Shown here: positions 25,428-35,594 of the stretch, piece by piece
Layout of the letters: every line of letters begins with the position of its first letter
Numbering within the stretch: the stretch's first letter is position 1
Assembly (NCBI GenBank): GCA_902593845.1
Contig: CACJJV010000002.1
Coordinates: 15,028-79,027, forward strand
Reading direction: 5' to 3'
Length of the DNA stretch: 64,000 nt
DNA from: an uncultured Pelagibacteraceae bacterium
Lineage (GTDB): Bacteria > Pseudomonadota > Alphaproteobacteria > Pelagibacterales > Pelagibacteraceae
Translations under genes and position numbers: made by a program
Notes under the pieces: model-generated
Databases searched by the model: none
Told to the model about the DNA's origin: nothing
Seen by the model: only the letters and a program-made list of their open reading frames with translations

Positions 25428-26159
25428 ATGTGGCTTAAAATAACACAAAATTATTCTCCAAATTTTAATACACCTAAAAGACAAAAAAAAAACATTAAAT
25501 ATATAATTATCCATTATACAGGAATGAAAAACGAGAAGTCAGCTTTAAATAGATTAACTGATTATAAGTCAAAAGTTAGTGCTCATTACTTTATTAAAAA
25601 AAATGGAAAAATACTCAATTTAGTTCCAGATCTTTACGAGGCTTGGCATGCAGGAAAATCAAATTGGAAAAATATTCAATCTCTAAATCGTTATTCAATT
25701 GGTATTGAAATACAAAATTCCGGTCATGAAAACTTATATGAGAAATACTCTAATAAGCAAATGAATTCAGTTAAAAAACTTTTAAGGTTTTTAACGAAAA
25801 AATACAGAGTAAATTGCAAGAATGTTTTAGGACATTCAGATATTGCTCCTAATCGTAAAAAAGATCCAGGAGAAAAATTCCCCTGGAAAGAACTAGCAAA
25901 AGTTAAACTTGCACATTGGCATCAAATACATGAAAAAGAACTTATCAAATATAGGCTCAAAAAGATTAATTTTTCAGAGGAGAAAAATTTTTTTATCAAT
26001 CTAAACAAGATTGGGTATATAAAAGTTCAATCAAAAAGCTCTATTTATAAAAAAAGACTTTTAATTAAAGCTTTTCAGCGAAGATTTCGACAGGGATTAG
26101 TCAATGGAATTTCTGACCAGGAATGCCTAATTTTGAGTAAAAATTTGATAAAGACCTAA
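25428..26159 (+). CDS. N-acetylmuramoyl-L-alanine amidase (Amidase_2, AmiD/AmpD-like)
   Basis: IIHYT, VSAHY, AWHAG, SIGIE, GHSDIAP.RK.DPG; C-terminal AFQRRF peptidoglycan-binding motif. Confidence 0.92.
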   Translation: MWLKITQNYSPNFNTPKRQKKNIKYIIIHYTGMKNEKSALNRLTDYKSKVSAHYFIKKNGKILNLVPDLYEAWHAGKSNWKNIQSLNRYSIGIEIQNSGHENLYEKYSNKQMNSVKKLLRFLTKKYRVNCKNVLGHSDIAPNRKKDPGEKFPWKELAKVKLAHWHQIHEKELIKYRLKKINFSEEKNFFINLNKIGYIKVQSKSSIYKKRLLIKAFQRRFRQGLVNGISDQECLILSKNLIKT

Positions 26160-26203
26160 CTAATTATTGTTGAAAAAATTTAATTTAGTAATAAATTGCA
26201 CTA

Positions 26204-26556
26204 GCCAGATAAACGACTTATCGCTTTAAGCAATTAAAGAGGAAAGTCCGGGCTCCGCAAGGATACAGTGCCAGGTAATACCTGGCGGGGGCAACCCTAG
26301 GGATAGTGCCACAGAAAATAAACCGCCATAACATGGCAAGGGTGAAAAGGTGTGGTAAGAGCACACCGGTTCTATTGGTAACAATGAACGCTGGAAAACC
26401 CCACTGGGAGCAAGACTAAGTAGAGGTGACATTGTTGAAAAACTAAAAGCCATCCTTGGCTAGTCACCTGGGTTAGTCGCTTGAGTTTGGAAGTGATTTC
26501 AAACCTAGAGAAATGATAGGTTTAAATGACAGAACCCGGCTTATAGTTTATCTGGC
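26204..26556 (+). ncRNA. rnpB: RNase P RNA (type A)
   Basis: GAGGAAAGTCCGGGC and ACAGAACCCGGCTTA signature motifs; terminal P1 helix GCCAGATAAAC/GTTTATCTGGC. Confidence 0.97.
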
Positions 26557-26637
26557 ATACTTTTCTTGATTTTAAACACCAACAATTTATGAAATAAATT
26601 CTTCAAATTTGTTCTTTTAAACCAGAAATTGTATGTA

Positions 26638-26700
26638 TTGACACCTAGCTTAAAAACCCATAATATCCCATATATTCCCATATAAAGGGAATAAAGGAAT
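26638..26700 (+). promoter_or_regulatory. dcw (mraZ) promoter with putative MraZ operator repeats
   Basis: TTGACA (26638-26643), 17-nt spacer, TAATAT (26661-26666); CCCAT repeated at 26657, 26667 and 26677 (10-bp period), then GGGA at 26687. Confidence 0.75.
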
Positions 26701-26709
26701 TTATGGTTT

Positions 26710-27165
26710 ATGTTTTTATCAACCTACGAAAACAAATTAGACAAAAAAGGAAGGGTGTCGGTGCCGGCAAGTTTTAGATCTTACTTATCTAATTTAGGTT
26801 ACAATGGAGTGATTTGTTATCCATCATTTAATAATCAATCAATAGAGGCATGGCCCCAAGATAGGATCGAAAAAATTTCAAATTCAATAGACACTTTAAA
26901 TCCATTTGAAGAAAAAAGAGATTTTTTTGCTACTTCAATATTATCGGAAAGTGCAAGTTTACAATTTGATAGTGAGGGGAGAATTTCACTCACACCAAAA
27001 TTATTAAAACATGCAAAAATTAAAAATAGCATGGTGTTTGTTGGTCAAGGTAAAACTTTTCAGATATGGGAACCAACAATTTTTGAAAAATTTAAGGTCA
27101 ATGCAAGAAAAAAGGCAAATTTAAATCGTGCAAGTCTTAAATGGGAGAACCAATTAAATAAATAA
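26710..27165 (+). CDS. mraZ: Division/cell wall cluster transcriptional repressor MraZ
   Basis: LDKKGRVSVPA and FDSEGRI repeats, F.IW. Confidence 0.96.
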   Translation: MFLSTYENKLDKKGRVSVPASFRSYLSNLGYNGVICYPSFNNQSIEAWPQDRIEKISNSIDTLNPFEEKRDFFATSILSESASLQFDSEGRISLTPKLLKHAKIKNSMVFVGQGKTFQIWEPTIFEKFKVNARKKANLNRASLKWENQLNK

Positions 27166-27183
27166 AAAGAGGGGGATAACAAG

Positions 27184-28650
27184 ATGACAATTAACTTTAA
27201 AACTCCTGAGATCAGAGAGTTACAACCAAGACTTTTGGTAATGGGAGTGGGTGGTGCAGGTGGAAATGCAATTAATGAAATGATTGAAAATGGCATGCAA
27301 GGGGTGGAATTTATTGCTGTTAATACTGATGCACAAGATCTTAAACATAGTAAAGCAAAATCAAAAATTCAAATTGGTTTAAATTTAACCAAAGGTCTAG
27401 GAGCAGGTGCAAAGATTGACATAGGTCAAGCTGCAGCTGATGAGTCTTTAAATGATATTGTCAATGTTTTACAAGGTGCAAATATGGTTTTTATAGCAGC
27501 TGGAATGGGTGGTGGAACTGGAACTGGTGCTGCACACGTAATTGCAAGAGCTGCAAAAGAATTAAATATTCTAACTGTTGGCGTAGTAACACTACCATTT
27601 TTATATGAGGGTCCTTCAAGAATGAGGAGAGCTCAAATTGGTCTTGAGGAATTAAGAAAACATGTAGATACTATAATAGTCATTCCAAATCAAAATTTAT
27701 TTAAAATAGCAAATGAGCAAACTACATTTGAGGAGTCTTTCAATCTATCAAATAATGTTTTAATGCATGGAGTTCAAAGTGTAACAGATCTGATGGTAAG
27801 ACCTGGGATCATTAATTTAGATTTTGCTGATGTTGAAACAGTTATGGCATCAATGGGTAAAGCTATGATGGGAACAGGAGAAGCTGAAGGAGAAGGTAGA
27901 TCTATGAAAGCTACTGAGATGGCAATTAGCAATCCTTTAATTGATGACTATACTCTAAAAGGTGCAAAAGGTTTACTTGTCAATATTACAGGCGGAAAAG
28001 ATCTTAAGTTATTTGAAGTTGATGAAGTGGTTAACAAAATAAGATCTGAAGTCGAGGCTGATGCAGAGGTAATTATAGGTGCAATAACTGACCCATCTCT
28101 TGAAGGAAAAATTAGAGTGTCAATTGTTGCAACGGCTTTAGATGGACAACAACCTGAGACAAAATCAGTAATTAACATGGTACATAGGATCCAAAATAGA
28201 AATCCTGGATACTCTGATTTTTCAAATTTAGGATCTAATACCTCTTTTAATTTTTCAACTAGTAACCCAATCTCAAATGGCGCTAATGCTTTAAAATTAG
28301 AGAATGAAGTATCAACTGAAAATGTTAGTGAGACTGTTGCAAATGAAAATATTAATCAAATTAATGATCAATATCATGAGGAATTATTAAAAAATCAACG
28401 AGTTGAAAGTTTAGTTGAAAACACTAGTAAAGATGAGGAAAGTTCTTTTACTCAAGAAGCTCTCAGTGATTCAACTAATGAAGGTGAGATAAAAAATGAT
28501 TTAAAAGAGTTTGGAGTAGATAGTGATGCACCAGACTTATTTAGCTCTGAAAACGAGACCTCTTCAACAGAAAATCTCTTGTCCCAAGAAAATGAAGATG
28601 AAGAGGACGACTTAGAGATACCAGCATTTTTAAGAAGACAAAAAAATTAA
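27184..28650 (+). CDS. ftsZ: Cell division protein FtsZ
   Basis: [23 protein letters not shown]-terminal [10 protein letters not shown]; strong SD GAGGGGG upstream. Confidence 0.99.
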   Translation: MTINFKTPEIRELQPRLLVMGVGGAGGNAINEMIENGMQGVEFIAVNTDAQDLKHSKAKSKIQIGLNLTKGLGAGAKIDIGQAAADESLNDIVNVLQGANMVFIAAGMGGGTGTGAAHVIARAAKELNILTVGVVTLPFLYEGPSRMRRAQIGLEELRKHVDTIIVIPNQNLFKIANEQTTFEESFNLSNNVLMHGVQSVTDLMVRPGIINLDFADVETVMASMGKAMMGTGEAEGEGRSMKATEMAISNPLIDDYTLKGAKGLLVNITGGKDLKLFEVDEVVNKIRSEVEADAEVIIGAITDPSLEGKIRVSIVATALDGQQPETKSVINMVHRIQNRNPGYSDFSNLGSNTSFNFSTSNPISNGANALKLENEVSTENVSETVANENINQINDQYHEELLKNQRVESLVENTSKDEESSFTQEALSDSTNEGEIKNDLKEFGVDSDAPDLFSSENETSSTENLLSQENEDEEDDLEIPAFLRRQKN

Positions 28651-28668
28651 TGGTCTTCGTAAAAATAA

Positions 28669-29679
28669 ATGGAAGCCACCATAGTACAGGATAAAACAAA
28701 ACATTATCCAGTACTGCTAAAAGAAATTATTAGCATTATTTCCCCTCAATATGGTGGCACATTTATTGACTGTACTTTTGGTCAAGGTGGTTACACTCGA
28801 GAAATTCTTAAAAATAAAAGCAACAAAGTTATTGGAATTGATAGAGATTCTGAAAGTTTAAAAGTTGCAAAAGAAATTGAAAAAGAATTTCCAAACCAAT
28901 TTATCTTTAAGAATTTAAGTTTTAGTAAATTAAGAAATTTAAAACTCAAAAATGAAAATATCAGAGGTGTATTATTTGATTTAGGTTATTCATTCACGCA
29001 AATTAAAGATCCAAAAAAAGGATTATCCTTTAATTCTACTGGATCATTAGATATGAGAATGGGTCTCAATGAATTTTCTGCTAAAGAGGCAATAAATAAA
29101 CTAGATGGAAAAAGTCTTATTAAAATTTTCAAATCTTTTGGTGACGAAAGAGATGCAAAATTAATCGTTAAGAATATTATTAAAGACAGATCGGTAAAAG
29201 AAATAGATACCCCTCATTTAGTAAAAATTATTGAAAAATCGAAAAAAGGAAATAATAAAAAAATTCATTCTGCAACTAAAGTTTTCCAGGCATTGAGAAT
29301 TTTTGTTAACAAAGAAGTAAGTGAGTTAATTCATGGAATGATACACGCAGCTAAAATTTTAAAAAAAGATGGTGTTTTGGTTATTGTTACTTTTCATTCT
29401 TTAGAAGATAAAATTGTAAAATATTTTTTTAGAAGTCTCTCCGAACATAAAAGTGTATCCAGATACCAACCTGAAGAAATACGTGATGAAATCTTATTTA
29501 AATTAAATCAAAAAAAGCCAATAGTGCCATCAAATCTAGAACTAAAAGAAAACTCTCCCTCTAGGTCTGCAAAATTAAGGTGCTTAATTAAAAAGGAAAA
29601 TTTTTATGATTTTAAAACCGATATTTTAGACAAATTTAAAGATTTAATAGAAATTGAAAATCTTGGAATTAACTTATGA
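28669..29679 (+). CDS. rsmH: 16S rRNA m4C1402 methyltransferase
   Basis: H.PVLL, DCTFG.GG, DLG.S, LDMRM, FQALRI.VN, FHSLED, SRSAKLR. Confidence 0.96.
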   Translation: MEATIVQDKTKHYPVLLKEIISIISPQYGGTFIDCTFGQGGYTREILKNKSNKVIGIDRDSESLKVAKEIEKEFPNQFIFKNLSFSKLRNLKLKNENIRGVLFDLGYSFTQIKDPKKGLSFNSTGSLDMRMGLNEFSAKEAINKLDGKSLIKIFKSFGDERDAKLIVKNIIKDRSVKEIDTPHLVKIIEKSKKGNNKKIHSATKVFQALRIFVNKEVSELIHGMIHAAKILKKDGVLVIVTFHSLEDKIVKYFFRSLSEHKSVSRYQPEEIRDEILFKLNQKKPIVPSNLELKENSPSRSAKLRCLIKKENFYDFKTDILDKFKDLIEIENLGINL

Positions 29680-29987
29680 AAAAAATTTTAACTATTAGTT
29701 TAATTTTTTCACTAATTGTAATTACCTCTTTAATAAAAAATTCTACGAAAAAAATTGATGAAAAATTATTTAGTCTAAAAGAGAATATATCAGATTTAAA
29801 TTTAGAATTAGATAATGTTAAACTTGAATTCGATTATTTAAGCTCCCCAGAAAATCTGATTAATTATCAAAATCTTTATTTTGAAAACAAGTTAACCCGA
29901 AAGAGTATAAATGAAATTAAAATTATTGACTTCAAAACAGAAAAAATTCTCTCAAATGATGTCAAAATTATAGATAGCGAAAGATAA
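29676..29987 (+). CDS. ftsL: Putative cell division protein FtsL
   Basis: N-terminal TM, coiled coil, E..YL.SP..L; lies between rsmH and ftsI. Confidence 0.7.
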   Translation: MKKILTISLIFSLIVITSLIKNSTKKIDEKLFSLKENISDLNLELDNVKLEFDYLSSPENLINYQNLYFENKLTRKSINEIKIIDFKTEKILSNDVKIIDSER

Positions 29988-29991
29988 TAAT

Positions 29992-31662
29992 ATGAAGTTT
30001 ATTCTCCAAGAAAATAAAGAGGAATTTGAATTTAAAAACGACAAAAAGAACTTTGATATTAGATTTAATAGAGTTGCATTTATTTTTTTTATTTTTTTTC
30101 TTATTTCTGTAATTTATTGTATTCATCTTACTCACTTAGGATCTAGAGATTTAAATTCCAATATTTCAAAAAATTACGGCTCTTTTAATAAAATTCAGAG
30201 AGCAAATATCTTAGATCGAAATGATAATTTTTTAGCAAAAACTGTGAATTCTATAGATATTGGAATAAATCCAATTGAAGCGATAGATAAAAAAAAATTG
30301 TTACTTAATCTAAAATATATCTTTCCTGATAAAGATTTTGAATTAATCAATTCTAAAATTTCAAAAGATAAATTTTTTTGGTTTGAAAAAAAAATTTCAG
30401 AAGAGAATTATGAGAAAATTATGATGTTGGGTGATAAATCAATAAAACCCCATGAAAATCTTACAAGAGTTTATCCTCAAAAAAATTTATTTAGTCATAT
30501 AATTGGACAAATAGATGATGATAACCTGGGGATTTCTGGGTTAGAGAAATCATTAGATTTAGATTTAAAAAAAAACGATAAATCTATTCAACTTACTGTC
30601 GATAAAGATATTCAATTCCTAATAAGAGAAGAGTTAATAAGGTTTAATAAAATATTTAAAACTAAAGGTAGTGCCTCAATTTTAATGAATATTGATAATG
30701 GTGAGATATTATCAATTATTTCGTTGCCAGATTTTGACCCAAATCAAAGACAAAATATTACAGATTTAAATTATATTAATAGAGCAACTAAAGGTGTTTA
30801 TGAATTAGGTTCAGTTTTTAAAACTTTTACTTTGGCAGCAGCATTAAATGAAAAAATAATAGAGCCAAATACTGAATTTAGAAATTTAGAAAAAAGTATT
30901 ATTTGTGGAAAAAATAAAATAAGCGAATATGACAAAAAAATTCCCTCGAATTTAACTGCTGAAGAAATACTTATCCGCTCAGGCAACATAGGTTCGGTAA
31001 GAATCGGCCAAGCAATTGGGATTGAAAAATATAAAAAATTTTTAAATGATCTCGACTTAATTAACTCAATACGATTTGACATAGAGGAAATGGGTAAACC
31101 AATATCCTTTAATTGGGGAAAATGTAAGCTTGCAACTACCTCATATGGACATGGAATTACCACTACAATTTTACAATTAACTACTGCTTATTCTATTATC
31201 GCTAATGGTGGTTTTAAGATTAATCCTACTCTTATAAAGAAAAAAAAATATACTAAAGGGAAAAGAATTTTAGAGGAAAATGTATCAAAAAATCTTGTCA
31301 CAATTTTGAGAAAAATTGTAACCTCAAAGGAAGGAACCGCAACATTAGCTAACGTGGAAGGTTATGAAGTTGCAGGAAAAACAGGCACCGCTGAAAAAAT
31401 CCTAGAAGGCGGATACTCTCGGAAAAAAATTAATACTTTTGCATCCATATTTCCTGCCTCAAATCCTAAGTATAGTCTAGTTGTGATGCTGGATGAGCCT
31501 AAAACAAATAGTGAGTATGTTTATAATTATAGAGATGGATCAGGAATAAAATACAAAGGAACCCCTTTTAATACTGCAGGTTGGACTTCGGTTGAAGTTG
31601 TTGGTCAAATTATAGAAAAGATTGGGCCTATTTTAGCCACAAAATACGCGGAAGTTAATTAA
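29992..31662 (+). CDS. ftsI: Septal peptidoglycan transpeptidase PBP3
   Basis: R..I.DRN, SxxK (GSVFK), SxN (SGN), KTG. Confidence 0.92.
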   Translation: MKFILQENKEEFEFKNDKKNFDIRFNRVAFIFFIFFLISVIYCIHLTHLGSRDLNSNISKNYGSFNKIQRANILDRNDNFLAKTVNSIDIGINPIEAIDKKKLLLNLKYIFPDKDFELINSKISKDKFFWFEKKISEENYEKIMMLGDKSIKPHENLTRVYPQKNLFSHIIGQIDDDNLGISGLEKSLDLDLKKNDKSIQLTVDKDIQFLIREELIRFNKIFKTKGSASILMNIDNGEILSIISLPDFDPNQRQNITDLNYINRATKGVYELGSVFKTFTLAAALNEKIIEPNTEFRNLEKSIICGKNKISEYDKKIPSNLTAEEILIRSGNIGSVRIGQAIGIEKYKKFLNDLDLINSIRFDIEEMGKPISFNWGKCKLATTSYGHGITTTILQLTTAYSIIANGGFKINPTLIKKKKYTKGKRILEENVSKNLVTILRKIVTSKEGTATLANVEGYEVAGKTGTAEKILEGGYSRKKINTFASIFPASNPKYSLVVMLDEPKTNSEYVYNYRDGSGIKYKGTPFNTAGWTSVEVVGQIIEKIGPILATKYAEVN

Positions 31663-31664
31663 CA

Positions 31665-34508
31665 ATGTTATTAGGCAATTATTTTACCAATATAGATAGT
31701 AGTAAAAAAAAAATTTTTTTCTCTGGAATTTCATTTAATTCAAAAGATATTAAAAAAGATAATATTTTTTTTGCTATTAAAGGGAACCGTATTGATGGAA
31801 ATAAATTCATTTCTACTGCAATAAAAAAAGGTTCTAAAATTATTATTAGCGAGAAAAGAATTAAAAATTTTCAAAAGGATATTTTATTCATTCATACTAA
31901 AAATATAAGAAAACTTTTAGCAGAAACAGCTTTTAAAATTTATAAGAATAAACCAAATAATTTAATTGCTGTAACTGGAACAAATGGAAAATCATCTGTT
32001 TCAGATTTTTATTTTCAATTATTAAAACTTAATAAAATAAAAGTTGCTTCGATTGGAACTTTAGGTCTAAAATCAAAAAATATTAGACTTAATTTAGCAA
32101 ACACAACAATAGATCCAATTCGAATAGGACAAATATTATCCAAATTAAAATCTCAAAAAATTAATAATGTAATTATGGAAGCGTCTAGTCATGGTCTAAG
32201 CCAATATAGATTAGATGGTTTAAAGTTTTCATCAGGTATTTTCACAAATTTATCTCAAGATCATCTAGATTATCATAAAAATTTCAAAGAATATTTTAAG
32301 GCAAAACAGTACTTATTTGAAAATTTGATAAGAAAAAAAGGAAATGTAATTGTAGATGAAACAATACCAGAATTTAAAAAGATAAAAAAAACTGCAATTT
32401 CTAGAAAATTAAGATTGCAGACTTTAAATAATAACAAAAGCAAATTTCGAATCTTCTCTCATAGTTTTAGAGGTGAAAAACAAATATTAAAAATAAAATA
32501 CAATAATCTTACTAGAGAAGTAAATTTAAGTCTTATTGGAAAAATACAATTAAAGAATATTTTAATGGCGATTATTGCGGCAAAAAATAGCAAATTAAGT
32601 TTAATCAAGATACTAAATGTATTATCAAAACTTAAACCAATAGATGGAAGATTTGAAAAGATAGGTAAAATTAAAAATAAGTCTAAGGTAATACTTGATT
32701 ATGCACATACACCAGATGCGTTAAGAATATGTCTTTCAAATCTTAAAGAGCAATTTCCAAATAAAAAAATAATTTTACTTTTTGGTTGTGGAGGAAATAG
32801 AGATCAAAATAAAAGATTCAAAATGGGAAAAATTGCAAGTAATTATTCTAACGAAATTTATCTTACTGACGATAATCCTAGATTTGAAGATCCAAAAAAA
32901 ATTAGAAATGACATTAAAAAGGGTATTCAAAACACTTTGATAAAAGAAATTCCTAATAGAAAACAAGCTATATCTGATGCTGTTAAAAATTTAAATACAG
33001 GTGATATTTTGTTAGTCGCTGGAAAGGGTCATGAAAAAACACAAGATTTTGGTAAAAAGAAAATTTTCTTTTCGGATAAAAAAATCATTTTAGATTGTAT
33101 TAAACTTAAAAATATTAACCTATCAAAAAACTTAAAGATAAATATTATTAAAGAAGTATCCAAAACCAAAAATAATATTACTTTAGTTAAAGCAGATAAA
33201 GCAAGTATCAACTCCAAAGAAGTAAAAAAGAATGATATTTTTTTTGCTATTAAAGGAAAAAAAAATGATGGAAATGAATTTATTGGAGAAGCAATTAAAA
33301 ATAAAGCATCATTAGTTGTAGTAAATAAAATTCAAAATAAATTTGATAATAAACGTCAGATAAAAGTAAGAAACACACTAAAATTTATGACTGAAATTTC
33401 AAAAATATTTAGAAAAAATATCGATACAAATATAATAGCGATTACAGGAAGTTGTGGAAAAACTACTCTTAAAGAATTATTGGGCAATGTGTTAAGAAAG
33501 ATTTCTAGTGTTAATACTTCTCCTAAATCATATAACAATAAATTTGGAGTACCTTTAAGTTTACTTAATTTAAAACATAGTGATGAATTTGGAATTTTAG
33601 AGGTTGGTATGGATAAAAAAGGTGAGATTGATAATTTGACAAATATTATAAAACCAAATGTTGGCTTGATAACTAATATTAACTACGCACATGCAAAAAA
33701 TTTCAAAAATATAAAACAAATTGCCTTTGCTAAAGCAGAGATAATTAAAAATATATTACCTAATGGTTTCGTAGTCTTGAATGCAGATGATAGTTTTTTC
33801 AAATTACATAAAAAAATTGCCTCAGATAATAATATTAATGTGATTTCTTTTGGGATTAAAAGTAAAAAAGCAAATGTTAAGTTGTTGAATATAAAAAAAA
33901 TTAAAAAAAAATTTAAAATTAAAGTTAAAATAAATGATAAATTTAAATATTTTATAATATCTAATAATTTTCAAAGTAACATTTATAATCTTTTAGGTGC
34001 TTTAAGTGTAATAAGTATTTACAAAAATGTATTTAAATTGAATGAAAAAATTTTCTTAAATTTCAGAAGTCCAGCAGGAAGAGGAGATCGTTCTATTATT
34101 AAGATTGGTAACAAAAAAATTAACTTAATCGATGAAAGTTATAATTCTAATCCCCTATCTTTAAAATCAGCTTTAAAGAATTATGATAATATTGACACAA
34201 AAAAATATGGTAAATATCTTTTACTTGGAGATATGATGGAACTTGGGAAACATTCAAAAAAACTTCACCGATCAATGACTCCTCTAATTAATAAGACGAA
34301 TATAGATAAAGTATATGTTATGGGAAAAATGGTTAGAGAAATATTTAACAATATTGTGAAAGTTAAAAGAGGAAGAATTTTAGTAAATAAATTAGGAATA
34401 TTTGAATTTATTAAGAAGGATTTGAATAACAATGACTATTTAATGATTAAAGCCTCAAATGCGACAGGTTTCAATAGTATAGTCAATAATATAAAGAAGT
34501 TAAATTAA
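31665..34508 (+). CDS. murE: Bifunctional MurE-MurF fusion ligase
   Basis: N-terminal half: TGTNGKSS, EASSHG, DYAHTPD, DNPR (meso-DAP), AGKGHE. C-terminal half: TGSCGKTT, NN..GVP, DESYNSNP, GDM.ELG. One 947-aa ORF. Confidence 0.95.
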   Translation: MLLGNYFTNIDSSKKKIFFSGISFNSKDIKKDNIFFAIKGNRIDGNKFISTAIKKGSKIIISEKRIKNFQKDILFIHTKNIRKLLAETAFKIYKNKPNNLIAVTGTNGKSSVSDFYFQLLKLNKIKVASIGTLGLKSKNIRLNLANTTIDPIRIGQILSKLKSQKINNVIMEASSHGLSQYRLDGLKFSSGIFTNLSQDHLDYHKNFKEYFKAKQYLFENLIRKKGNVIVDETIPEFKKIKKTAISRKLRLQTLNNNKSKFRIFSHSFRGEKQILKIKYNNLTREVNLSLIGKIQLKNILMAIIAAKNSKLSLIKILNVLSKLKPIDGRFEKIGKIKNKSKVILDYAHTPDALRICLSNLKEQFPNKKIILLFGCGGNRDQNKRFKMGKIASNYSNEIYLTDDNPRFEDPKKIRNDIKKGIQNTLIKEIPNRKQAISDAVKNLNTGDILLVAGKGHEKTQDFGKKKIFFSDKKIILDCIKLKNINLSKNLKINIIKEVSKTKNNITLVKADKASINSKEVKKNDIFFAIKGKKNDGNEFIGEAIKNKASLVVVNKIQNKFDNKRQIKVRNTLKFMTEISKIFRKNIDTNIIAITGSCGKTTLKELLGNVLRKISSVNTSPKSYNNKFGVPLSLLNLKHSDEFGILEVGMDKKGEIDNLTNIIKPNVGLITNINYAHAKNFKNIKQIAFAKAEIIKNILPNGFVVLNADDSFFKLHKKIASDNNINVISFGIKSKKANVKLLNIKKIKKKFKIKVKINDKFKYFIISNNFQSNIYNLLGALSVISIYKNVFKLNEKIFLNFRSPAGRGDRSIIKIGNKKINLIDESYNSNPLSLKSALKNYDNIDTKKYGKYLLLGDMMELGKHSKKLHRSMTPLINKTNIDKVYVMGKMVREIFNNIVKVKRGRILVNKLGIFEFIKKDLNNNDYLMIKASNATGFNSIVNNIKKLN

Positions 34509-35594
34509 ATGCTTTATCAATTTTTACTTAATTTTGTAGATACCTTTAGTTTTTTGAATGTATTTAAATACCTGACATTTAGGACTGGTTTATCATTTTT
34601 TACCTCGTTGGTTATTGTTTTAATTATTGGAGGATCTTTTATAAAATTTTTTTCAAAACAAAAAATTTTAAACCCTATACGTAATGATGGTCCAGAAGAT
34701 CATATAGTTAAAAAAATTGGAACTCCAACAATGGGTGGAGTAATTATTTTGTTTGGGTTGTTGATATCAGTACTATTTTGGGCTGATTTATCAAATTTAA
34801 ATGTTTTATTTTGTATATATATCGCAATCTCTTTTGGTTTACTTGGAGCATTCGATGATTATAAAAAAATAAAGTATAGTAACTCCTCAGGTATCTCATC
34901 AAAGTTAAAATTAACCTTTCAAATAATATTAGCAATAATTGGTGTGAGTTTTTATGTTTACTTTAACGACTATCAAGATTTAACAAATCTATATTTTCCT
35001 TTTTTTAAAAACCTTATCGTTAATCTTGGATGGTTTTTTATACCTTTTTCAATATTTGTAATTATCGGTTCATCGAATGCTGTAAATCTCACCGATGGAT
35101 TAGATGGACTAGCGACAGTGCCAGTAATACTTGTTGCAGCTTGTTTTGCATTTATAAGTTACGTTACTGGAAATATTGTATTTTCCAATTATTTACAAAT
35201 TCCTTACATTGAGGGAACTGGAGAAATCTCAATTTTTTGTGGAGCCATTATTGGCTCTTGTTTAGGCTTTTTATGGTTTAATGCTCCTCCGGCAAAAATT
35301 TTTATGGGAGATACTGGCTCTTTATCTTTAGGTGGCTCCTTAGGAGCAATTGGCATAATAACAAAACATGAAATAGTATTAGCAATTACTGGAGGTTTAT
35401 TTGTTCTTGAAGCTGTTTCAGTGATTGCTCAAGTAATATCATTTAAAATTACTGGAAAAAGAGTGTTTAAGATGGCACCTATTCACCATCATTTTGAGAA
35501 AAAAGGTTGGCCAGAGTCAACAGTTGTAATTAGATTTTGGATAATTTCAATTATTCTAGCGATGATAGGACTTGCTACATTAAAATTAAGATAA
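34509..35594 (+). CDS. mraY: Phospho-N-acetylmuramoyl-pentapeptide transferase
   Basis: GTPTMGG, DD, NAVNLTDGLDG, FMGD.GS, APIHHHFE. Confidence 0.98.
   Translation: MLYQFLLNFVDTFSFLNVFKYLTFRTGLSFFTSLVIVLIIGGSFIKFFSKQKILNPIRNDGPEDHIVKKIGTPTMGGVIILFGLLISVLFWADLSNLNVLFCIYIAISFGLLGAFDDYKKIKYSNSSGISSKLKLTFQIILAIIGVSFYVYFNDYQDLTNLYFPFFKNLIVNLGWFFIPFSIFVIIGSSNAVNLTDGLDGLATVPVILVAACFAFISYVTGNIVFSNYLQIPYIEGTGEISIFCGAIIGSCLGFLWFNAPPAKIFMGDTGSLSLGGSLGAIGIITKHEIVLAITGGLFVLEAVSVIAQVISFKITGKRVFKMAPIHHHFEKKGWPESTVVIRFWIISIILAMIGLATLKLR

Noticed and set aside
26226-26453. 75-aa minus-strand ORF
   Set aside because: Antisense shadow of the RNase P RNA gene.
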